From Gemmatimonadales bacterium (lineage in GTDB: Bacteria > Gemmatimonadota > Gemmatimonadetes > Gemmatimonadales > GWC2-71-9), in contig JBBQFH010000040.1 in the NCBI GenBank assembly GCA_038321865.1, forward strand, positions 1 through 19,410: a stretch of 19,410 nucleotides of DNA, written 5' to 3'. Numbering within the stretch: the stretch's first letter is position 1; every line of letters starts with the position of its first letter. This document shows positions 8,823 through 16,343 of the stretch, piece after piece. Below the pieces are notes generated by a model that searched no databases, had not been told where the DNA came from, and saw nothing but the letters and a program-made list of their open reading frames with translations. The translations under genes and the position numbers were made by a program.

Positions 8823-9893
8823 TTGACCATCGACCTGCGCGATCAGCTTCAGCGCACGCTCGGGACCACCTACGTCCTCGACCGCGAGCTCGGCGGCGGC
8901 GGGATGTCGCGTGTCTTCGTCGCGCACGAGACGGCGCTGGGACGTCGTGTCGTGGTGAAGGTGCTCTCGCCCGAGCTCGCCGCAGGGCTCAACGTCGAGC
9001 GGTTCCGGCGCGAGATCCAGCTGGCCGCGCAGCTGCAGCACCCTCATATCGTCCCGGTCCTCGCCGCCGGCGAGACGGAGGGGCTGCCCTACTACATCAT
9101 GCCGTTCGTGGAAGGCGAGTCCCTGAGGGCACGTTTGGCGGCCCAGCCGCTGCCGATCGCCGACGTGCTGAGCTGGCTCCGGGATGCGGCGCGCGCCCTG
9201 GCGTACGCGCACGCCCGCGGCGTGGTGCACCGCGACATCAAGCCGGACAACGTCCTGCTCTCGGGCAACTCGGCCGTCGTGACGGATTTCGGCGTTGCCA
9301 AGGCCCTGTCGAACGCGCGGGCGGATACCGCCAGCGGCACGCTCACCAGCGTCGGCACGTCGCTCGGCACGCCGGCCTACATGGCGCCGGAACAGGTAGC
9401 GGCCGATCCCGACACCAATCACCGCGCCGATCTCTACTCCTTCGGCGCGATGGCGTACGAGCTGCTGGCCGGCCGCTCGCCCTTCGCCGGGCGGACCCCG
9501 CAAAAGATGCTGGCCGCGCAGATGACGGAGCGCCCGGAGGCGATCGAGCAGCTGCGTCCCGATACGCCCCCTCACCTGGCATCGGTGATCATGCGCTGCC
9601 TGGAAAAGGATCCGGGGGATCGGCCGCAGACCGCGGACGCGGTGCTGCGCGAGCTGGACGCGTCCGTCAGCAGCGGCGGTCGGCAGGCCGGGCCGGCCAT
9701 CGTACTGGCGAGCCGGCGGACGCTGGGCCGAGCGCTGGCGATCTACGCGGCGGCGTTCCTCGTCGTGGCGATCGTCGCCCGCGCGGCGATCATCGCCCTC
9801 GGCCTGCCGGACTGGGTCTTTTCGGGGCGCGCTGATCGTGATGGCGCTGGGGCTGCCGGTCATCCTCTTCACCGCGATGGTCCAGCGGCATAG
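8823..9893 (+). CDS. Hanks-type Ser/Thr protein kinase, N-terminal part of a frameshifted kinase-TM-TPR gene
   Basis: LGGGGMSRV, VVVK, HRDIKPDN, DFG, GTPAYMAPE and DLYSFG motifs. TTG start. Protein-like sequence ends at GLPDWVF (about 9821). Confidence 0.92.
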   Translation: MTIDLRDQLQRTLGTTYVLDRELGGGGMSRVFVAHETALGRRVVVKVLSPELAAGLNVERFRREIQLAAQLQHPHIVPVLAAGETEGLPYYIMPFVEGESLRARLAAQPLPIADVLSWLRDAARALAYAHARGVVHRDIKPDNVLLSGNSAVVTDFGVAKALSNARADTASGTLTSVGTSLGTPAYMAPEQVAADPDTNHRADLYSFGAMAYELLAGRSPFAGRTPQKMLAAQMTERPEAIEQLRPDTPPHLASVIMRCLEKDPGDRPQTADAVLRELDASVSSGGRQAGPAIVLASRRTLGRALAIYAAAFLVVAIVARAAIIALGLPDWVFSGRADRDGAGAAGHPLHRDGPAA

Positions 9894-12003
9894 CCGGCTC
9901 GCGCTGGCCGCGGCACGGACGACGCCGGGCGGCACCACCACCCAGCACTCCACCATGGCGCGCATCGCGGTGAAGGCACAGCCGCACGTCAGCTGGCGAC
10001 GGACCGCGTGGGGCGGGGCTGTGGCCGTCGGCGGTTTCATCGTGCTGGTCGGTGGGTACATGGCGATGCGGCTGCTCGGCATCGGTCCCGCCGGCACGCT
10101 GTCGGCGGCGGGCGTCTTCGGGAGCCGCGAAGGGATCGTGGTGGCCGACTTCGCCAGCCCGGCCTCGGACACGACGCTCGGGCTCGTCGTCACCGAGGCG
10201 TTGCGCACCGACCTCGCCCAGTCCCCGAATCTCGCCGTGCTCGATCCGAATCGTATTCGCGCGGCCCTCCAGCGGATGCAGGCCGCGCCCGACGCACGGC
10301 TCAACCTCGCGCTGGCCCGGGACGTCGCGACGCGCGAAGGTGCCAAGGCCGTGGTGGATGGGTCGATCCTCGGCATCGGCGGCAGCTACGTCGTGAATGC
10401 GACCCTGGTCGAGGCGTCGAGCGGCAACGTGCTGGTGCAGTTTCGGGAAACCGCGGATGACGCGAAAGGGCTGCTGCCGGCCATCGGCCGGGTGTCCAAG
10501 GCGCTGCGGGCGAAGGTGGGAGAGTCCCTCAAATCGGTGCGGGCCACCCCGCCGCTCGAAGCGGTGACCACCGGGTCGCTGCCGGCGCTTCGCAAATATC
10601 AGGAAGGGGTGGAAGCCATCGCGGTGGGCGGCGACGCCGTCCGGGCGGACAGCCTGCTCCGGCAGGCCATCGCGCTCGACACCGGCTTCGCGATGGCGTG
10701 GCGCAAGCTGGGCATCATCATCGGCAATTCCGGCGGGGCCTACGGAGATCAGGTGAACGCGCTGACCCACGCCTTTGCCCATCGGGACCGCCTGACCCTG
10801 GTGGAGCGGGCGCTGACCTCAGCGGCGTACTACAACACCGTGGCCGGCCAGACTGACGAGGCGATCTCGGCGTACCGCGATGTGCTGGAGCTCGATTCCA
10901 CCAACTTCACCGCGCTCAACAACATCAGCCTGCTGCTCAGCGCCAAGCGCGACTTCGCGGGCGCCGCACGCTATCTGCGCCTTGCGGTGGCCGGCCGCTC
11001 GCCCGCCTTCAACGCGATCACCAACCTCTCTGATGTCGAATTTCGGCTGGGGGATCGCGCGAAGGCGCGCGCGCTCCTCGACTCCGCCGCCGCCCAGTTC
11101 CCGAACAACCCCAGCGTGGATGGCAGCCGGGCGATGCAGGCGTTCGCCCGCGGGGAGTTCGACTCGACGGCGATTTACGTCCAGCGCGGCAATGCGAAGG
11201 CGAAGGGCGATCCCAGCGTAGAGGCGGCCGGTCTTACCTTTCTCGGCTCGATTGCCGAAACGCAGGGCAGGCTGCGAACGGCCGGGGAGCTTGGCGAGCG
11301 GTGGGCCGGAATCCAGGCAGCGCGCGGCAGACCCGAGGCGCCCCTCATCATCGCGCTGCTGCAGGCGCTCGACGACGTCTGGTTCCGTGACGATCGCCCG
11401 GCGGCGATGGCGCGCGTCCAGCGTGCCCTGGCGCTCCACCCGATCGACATCATTCCGGTGGTGCAGCGGCCGTACCGCTTGCTGGCCGAAGTCTACGCGC
11501 GGGCCGGTGAATCGCTGAAGGCAAAACAGACGCTTGCCGAGATGGCGGCGCGCCTGCCGGCGATGGCCGCAAGGCTGCCGGACAACAATCCCGCACCGAT
11601 CCTCGGTCTGATCGCGCTGAACGAAGGGAAGTCGGCCGAGGCGGTGACTCAGTTGACCATCGCCGATCGCATCCCGTCGACGTGCGACATCTGCTGGACC
11701 GCTGACCTCGCCCGGGCGTATGATCGGGCGGGTAATCGCGATTCGGCGGTCGCCGGCTATCGTCGTTACGTCGACACGCCGGACCCGCTTCGCTTCATCG
11801 GCGACGGCCTCTTCCTCGCATCGTCCGCCAAACGCCTCGGCGAGCTCTACGAAGCGGCCGGCGACACCGCCCGCGCCATCACCGCCTATGCCCGCTTCAC
11901 GGCGCTCTGGAAGACGGCGGACCCGGAGCTCCAGCCCCAGGTCGCCGAGGTGAAGCGCCGGCTCGAGGGACTCGCCCGCCGGGAAGCCGTGCCCGCTCGC
12001 TGA
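9838..12003 (+). CDS. TM + TolB-N-like + TPR repeat region, C-terminal part of the frameshifted kinase gene
   Basis: Hydrophobic segments, a VADF..EALRTDLAQS..VDGSI domain and many TPR-like helices (AIALDTGFAMAWRKLG; AISAYRDVLELDSTNFTALNN). The frame continues the TM segment GALIVMALGLP begun in the kinase frame. Confidence 0.88.
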   Translation: MMALGLPVILFTAMVQRHSRLALAAARTTPGGTTTQHSTMARIAVKAQPHVSWRRTAWGGAVAVGGFIVLVGGYMAMRLLGIGPAGTLSAAGVFGSREGIVVADFASPASDTTLGLVVTEALRTDLAQSPNLAVLDPNRIRAALQRMQAAPDARLNLALARDVATREGAKAVVDGSILGIGGSYVVNATLVEASSGNVLVQFRETADDAKGLLPAIGRVSKALRAKVGESLKSVRATPPLEAVTTGSLPALRKYQEGVEAIAVGGDAVRADSLLRQAIALDTGFAMAWRKLGIIIGNSGGAYGDQVNALTHAFAHRDRLTLVERALTSAAYYNTVAGQTDEAISAYRDVLELDSTNFTALNNISLLLSAKRDFAGAARYLRLAVAGRSPAFNAITNLSDVEFRLGDRAKARALLDSAAAQFPNNPSVDGSRAMQAFARGEFDSTAIYVQRGNAKAKGDPSVEAAGLTFLGSIAETQGRLRTAGELGERWAGIQAARGRPEAPLIIALLQALDDVWFRDDRPAAMARVQRALALHPIDIIPVVQRPYRLLAEVYARAGESLKAKQTLAEMAARLPAMAARLPDNNPAPILGLIALNEGKSAEAVTQLTIADRIPSTCDICWTADLARAYDRAGNRDSAVAGYRRYVDTPDPLRFIGDGLFLASSAKRLGELYEAAGDTARAITAYARFTALWKTADPELQPQVAEVKRRLEGLARREAVPAR

Positions 12004-12103
12004 TCGGGGCCTCCGCCGGGGGCGCCACCTGATTAGGTTTGGTGACGGTGTTCGTGGCGCCGGCAGGACCGCCAGCCTTACCTCTCTTCCCCGGGATCGC
12101 GGT

Positions 12104-12379
12104 GTGAGTTTGCAGAACAAGGAGAGCGGCGGAGCATCCCCCCATGATGCCGCCGGCGTGTACAGCTTCATGACCGAGTATGGGACGTTTCGCATCGTCG
12201 CCCGGACCGACATCGGCGTGGCCCTGTGGATGGATGACGCCTGGCTGGGCACCTACCCGACCGCCGAGGCCGCTGCGGCGGACGTGTGGTCGGGGGACAC
12301 GGGTCACACGCGCTGGGATCGTACGCACGCCCGACACAACGCGCCGCACACGCTCGATGACTGGGATCGGCAGACATGA
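12104..12379 (+). CDS. Small Trp/Asp-rich hypothetical protein
   Basis: 91-aa ORF with GTFRI..WLGTYPTAEAAAADV..TG..WD..P..LDDW pattern and GC3-rich codons. Start uncertain. Confidence 0.7.
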   Translation: MSLQNKESGGASPHDAAGVYSFMTEYGTFRIVARTDIGVALWMDDAWLGTYPTAEAAAADVWSGDTGHTRWDRTHARHNAPHTLDDWDRQT

Positions 12380-12392
12380 TGGGGCCGCACTG

Positions 12393-12569
12393 ATGGCGCC
12401 GGGTGATCGGGTCCGCGCGCGGAACGGCGAGGTCGGTGAGATCGTCCAGGTCTTTCCCGTGCTCACTCGCAACATCTCCTGGCAGGTCGACGCGGTCAGC
12501 GTCCGGTTCTCCTCGCGAGCCTACGCCGTGATGATCGCGGCGTCGGAACTCACGGTCATCACCGACTAG
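12393..12569 (+). CDS. Small hypothetical protein, SH3/KOW-like beta barrel (58 aa)
   Basis: MAPGDRVRARNGEVGEIVQV..VSVRF..IAASEL pattern; ATG 13 nt after the previous stop; followed by a hairpin. Confidence 0.6.
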   Translation: MAPGDRVRARNGEVGEIVQVFPVLTRNISWQVDAVSVRFSSRAYAVMIAASELTVITD

Positions 12570-12583
12570 CAGCTGAACCGCTC

Positions 12584-12620
12584 CGGCGGCAGGCTCCTCC
12601 GCGCCTGCCGCCGCCCTTCG
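12584..12620 (+). terminator. Terminator-like hairpin
   Basis: 11-bp perfect stem CGGCGGCAGGC (12584-12594) / GCCTGCCGCCG (12603-12613), 14 nt after a stop codon; only a weak pyrimidine tail. Confidence 0.5.
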
Positions 12621-12748
12621 TAGTCCTCCATCATTCAGTTCGCAGGGACCACTCCCAGGCGGGTCCGGCGTCGTGGCCCTACCCCCGGAACGATCCGCGC
12701 GCCAGATTGAAGCATCCGCGGCTTCCTTATCCCAGACACAGGTGACCT

Positions 12749-13420
12749 ATGGCGACTCCCCGTCGTGATTTCCTCGGCTGGCTCGGTGCCAGTACCGCCT
12801 TCGCCGCCGTCGGCATGCCGCTGCCCTCGTCCAGCCGCGCTCCCGCCACACCACGCGACGTCCCGATCACCAGCGACTGGGACATGTCATGGGTGGACCG
12901 GCTGCACGGCAAGTACCGCGCGGTATTCGACTCGCCCCAGGTGGACGAGGGCTCGGCGCTGTTCCGCGCCGTCATGTGGCGCGACCAGACCAAGACGGTC
13001 TACGGCACCGACCCAACGGACATGAGCGCGGTGATCGTCTTCCGTCATGCCGCGATCCCCCTCGTCATGAACGATGCCTACTGGGCGCGGTTCAAGATCG
13101 GCAAGGAGCTCAAGTTCAAGGATCGGAAGGGGAAATGGAGTGCCGCCAACCCGATTCGCGCGACCGAGGCGGCGACACCGGCCCAGTGGGCGGATTACAG
13201 CCTCGAGCGCTTCATGGCCCAGGGCGGAACGGTGCTCGGCTGCAACGTGGCCTTCGGCGAGGTGGTCTACCGCTTCCGGACGGAGGACAAGCTGTCGAAG
13301 GAGGATGCGCTGGCGCGGGCCAAGGAGCATCTCATTCCCGGGGTCATCCTGCAGCCGTCCGGCGTCTTCGCCGCGCTGCGCGCGCAGGAAGCGGGCTGCA
13401 AGTACATCATGGCCAGCTGA
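12749..13420 (+). CDS. Tat-signal protein with DsrE/DsrF-like domain
   Basis: PRRDFLG twin-arginine motif; VIVFRH..A, GGTVLGCNVAF and VILQPSGVFAALRAQEAGCKYI resemble the DsrE/F fold. Confidence 0.8.
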   Translation: MATPRRDFLGWLGASTAFAAVGMPLPSSSRAPATPRDVPITSDWDMSWVDRLHGKYRAVFDSPQVDEGSALFRAVMWRDQTKTVYGTDPTDMSAVIVFRHAAIPLVMNDAYWARFKIGKELKFKDRKGKWSAANPIRATEAATPAQWADYSLERFMAQGGTVLGCNVAFGEVVYRFRTEDKLSKEDALARAKEHLIPGVILQPSGVFAALRAQEAGCKYIMAS

Positions 13421-13428
13421 GGGGCGGC

Positions 13429-15270
13429 GTGTCGCGCCTCCTCCGCGCCCTCGCCGCGTTCATCTCGCTGGGCGGCGCGCCCCTCGCCGCACAGACGCCG
13501 GCGCCTGCCGATGCATTCGACCGGACCCGCGTCATGATTCCGATGCGGGACGGGGTGAAACTCAACACCGACATCTACGTACCCAGACAACGCTCCGGTC
13601 CGCTGCCCATGCTCATGAGCCGCACGCCGTACGGCATCGACGGGGCGGCGGGGCAGTTCGCGGTCGCCTATCGGGAGCTGGCCGCGGACGGGTACATCTT
13701 CGTCTTCCAGGACATTCGCGGGCGGTACAAGTCCGAAGGCCAGTTCGTCATGCAGCGCCCCGCCCGGAATCATGCCGACCGTTCGGCCGTTGATGAGGCC
13801 AGCGATGCCTATGACACCATCGACTGGCTGCTCAAGAACGTTGCCGGGCACAATGGTCGTGTCGGCATGCTCGGCGTGTCGTACGACGGCTGGACGACCG
13901 CGATGGCACTGACGGACCCGCATCCGGCGCTCAAGGCGGTTTCGCCGCAGGCGTCACCCGCCGACATGTGGCTCGGCGACGATTTTCACCATAACGGCGC
14001 CTTCCGCCTGAGTTACGGCTTCGAATACGCCGCGATGATGGAAACGAGCAAGGAGAACGAAAACTTCGCCTTCGACCGGTACGACACCTATGACTGGTAT
14101 CTGAGTCTCGGTCCGCTGGCGAACGTGAACGCGAAATACCTGCACGGCAGGATCCCCACCTGGAACGATTACGTCGCCCATCCGGACTGGGATCAGTTCT
14201 GGCAGCGGCAGACGCTCATCCCCGCGCTCACGCAGGTCACCGTGCCCACGCTGAATGTTGCCGGCTGGTGGGATCAGGAGGACTTCTACGGGCCGATCGC
14301 GATCTACCGTCGGCTGGAGCCGTTCGACCGGAATGGCATCAACTTCCTGGTGGTCGGCCCGTGGAATCACGGCGGCTGGAATCGGGCGGACGGCCAGAAG
14401 CTCGGCAACATCGACTTCGGGAGCGCCACCTCGAAATACTTTCGGGACAGCATTCAGGCGCCGTTCTTCGCGCACTATCTGAAGGACCGCGGCGCCCAGC
14501 GCCAACCCGAGGCGATGACCTTCGAATCCGGTGCCAACACCTGGCGCCGCTTCGATGCGTGGCCGCCGAAGCGCGGCGCGTCCGCTCGCCCGCTCTATTT
14601 CCGCGCTGGCGGGAAACTGTCGTTCGAGCGCCCGGCCGACGCCACGGGATTCGACTCCTACCGGTCCGATCCTGCCCACCCGGTGCCGTATCGGCGGCGG
14701 CCGATCCAGCCGACCTACGACCCCCGCGGATCGGGCTGGTACACCTGGCTCACCGAGGATCAGCGGTTCGTGCAGAATCGCCCGGACGTACTGAGCTGGG
14801 AAACTGATCGCCTCGCCGAATCCGTGACGATCGCCGGGGACGTGCTGGCGGAGCTGTATGCGTCGACCACCGGCAGCGACGCCGACTGGATCGTCAAGCT
14901 CATCGATGTCTATCCGGACAGCGCGGTGCCGGCGGCCATGGGCGGGTATCAGCTGATGGTCTCGAACGAAGTGTTTCGCGGCCGGTACCACAACGGCTTC
15001 GAGCGGCCGACGCCGCTCGTTCCGAATGCGGTCACGCCGTTTCGGTGGAGCCTGCACGGGCAGAACTATCGCTTCGGGAAAGGCCACCGCATCATGGTGC
15101 AGCTGCAGAGCACCTGGTTCCCGCTCATCGACCGCAATCCACAGACCTTCGTTCGCAACATCTTCGAGGCGAAGGCCGCCGACTACCGCGCTGCGACCCA
15201 ACGGGTCTACCGGTCGGCCCGGCAACCGAGTCACGTCACGATTCCGGTCGTGGCGGACTCCGCGCCGTGA
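13429..15270 (+). CDS. CocE/NonD family serine hydrolase (peptidase S15; alpha-amino acid ester hydrolase / glutaryl-7-ACA acylase-like), secreted
   Basis: VMIPMRDGVKL, RTPY, QDIRGRYKSEG, nucleophile GVSYDG, GWWDQED, GPWNHG and a C-terminal jelly-roll region. GTG start at 13429 gives a signal peptide. Confidence 0.95.
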   Translation: MSRLLRALAAFISLGGAPLAAQTPAPADAFDRTRVMIPMRDGVKLNTDIYVPRQRSGPLPMLMSRTPYGIDGAAGQFAVAYRELAADGYIFVFQDIRGRYKSEGQFVMQRPARNHADRSAVDEASDAYDTIDWLLKNVAGHNGRVGMLGVSYDGWTTAMALTDPHPALKAVSPQASPADMWLGDDFHHNGAFRLSYGFEYAAMMETSKENENFAFDRYDTYDWYLSLGPLANVNAKYLHGRIPTWNDYVAHPDWDQFWQRQTLIPALTQVTVPTLNVAGWWDQEDFYGPIAIYRRLEPFDRNGINFLVVGPWNHGGWNRADGQKLGNIDFGSATSKYFRDSIQAPFFAHYLKDRGAQRQPEAMTFESGANTWRRFDAWPPKRGASARPLYFRAGGKLSFERPADATGFDSYRSDPAHPVPYRRRPIQPTYDPRGSGWYTWLTEDQRFVQNRPDVLSWETDRLAESVTIAGDVLAELYASTTGSDADWIVKLIDVYPDSAVPAAMGGYQLMVSNEVFRGRYHNGFERPTPLVPNAVTPFRWSLHGQNYRFGKGHRIMVQLQSTWFPLIDRNPQTFVRNIFEAKAADYRAATQRVYRSARQPSHVTIPVVADSAP

Positions 15271-16343
15271 CCGGGGAGACGCGGCTCAGTCACGATACGC
15301 TTCGAACCGTTTCGCTGGCGACGCTCGCGGCGATCGCGGCAGTTGGCGCGCTCTACCTGGGACGCAGCTTTTTCGTGCCGATCGCGGTGGCGCTGCTCTT
15401 CAATGCGCTGCTGCGGCCGGTCGTCCGCGCGCTCGAGCGCGTCGGGCTTCCCGCTCCCGCCGGCGCGGCAGTGGTCGTGCTCAGCTTCGTCGCCATCCTG
15501 GTCGGCGGCGGCGCGGCCCTTACCGCACCCACGCAGCGCTGGCTCGCGGACGCCCCGAAGGACCTGGCCGCCGCGCAGGACAAGCTGCGGAACGTCCGTC
15601 GCTCGATCGCGCGCTTCACCCACGTCGCCGAACAGGTGCAGCAGGCCACGAGCCCGGATACCACTTCACCCCACACCGCCGTCGCGCCCCCGGCGCCCGC
15701 CGCGACAGGAGCCGGCCTCGGCGGCCGGCTGTTCGGCGGCACCACCGCATTCCTGGCGTCGCTGGTCGAGGTGCTGCTGCTGGTCTACCTCCTCCTGGCG
15801 GTCGGGAACCTGTTTCTGCGCAAGCTGCTGCGCGTCGTGGCCCCGGAAGAGAAAGCCGTCACGCGCCGCGTGGTGCAGGAGATCAAGGTCGTCATCGAGC
15901 GCTACGTGCTGGTGACGGTGATCATCAACATCGTGCAGGGCACGGTTGTGGCACTCGTGATGTGGGCCCTCGGCATGCCGAATCCGGTGCTCTGGGGGGT
16001 TGCCACGCTCTTCCTCGAGGCCATTCCGTACCTCGGGGCCACCGTGATGATCGGCGCACTGACGCTCGTCGCCTTTGCCGCACTGGACGGGCTGGGCCGC
16101 ATTCTGCTCGTGCCCGGGGCCTATCTGGCGATCACCACGCTGCAGAACAACGTGGTGAGCCCCGTGGCATATGGGCGGAACCTCAAGCTCAATCCGGTGG
16201 CCGTCCTGATCTCGGTGATGTTCTGGTGGTTTCTCTGGGGGGTGCCCGGCGCATTCCTCGCAGTACCCATGGTCGCCGTCGCGAAGGTCATCGCCGACCA
16301 CAACGAAGGGCTCAAGGCGGTCGGAGAGTTCCTGGGTGCGTAG
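15267..16343 (+). CDS. AI-2E family transporter (PerM/TqsA-like)
   Basis: FFVPIAVALL..LLRPVVR, IPYLG, QNNVVSP..G..LKLNP, WWFLWGVPGAFLAVP. GTG start overlaps the upstream stop (GTGA). Confidence 0.93.
   Translation: MTGETRLSHDTLRTVSLATLAAIAAVGALYLGRSFFVPIAVALLFNALLRPVVRALERVGLPAPAGAAVVVLSFVAILVGGGAALTAPTQRWLADAPKDLAAAQDKLRNVRRSIARFTHVAEQVQQATSPDTTSPHTAVAPPAPAATGAGLGGRLFGGTTAFLASLVEVLLLVYLLLAVGNLFLRKLLRVVAPEEKAVTRRVVQEIKVVIERYVLVTVIINIVQGTVVALVMWALGMPNPVLWGVATLFLEAIPYLGATVMIGALTLVAFAALDGLGRILLVPGAYLAITTLQNNVVSPVAYGRNLKLNPVAVLISVMFWWFLWGVPGAFLAVPMVAVAKVIADHNEGLKAVGEFLGA

Noticed and set aside
8577..10376. 599-aa minus-strand ORF, and similar long antisense ORFs (6993-8438, 10819-12252, 13954-15234, 17951-19144)
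   Set aside because: Shadow ORFs opposite well-supported genes; typical of high-GC codon bias and without motifs.
12570..12645. Possible integron attC site after the small genes
   Set aside because: Ends do not match RYYYAAC/GTTRRRY, there is no repeated cassette structure and no integrase in the window.
12889..13428. Apparent 180-aa N-terminal extension of the CocE/NonD hydrolase
   Set aside because: Overlaps the Tat/DsrE-like gene in another frame; GTG 13429 gives a proper signal peptide.
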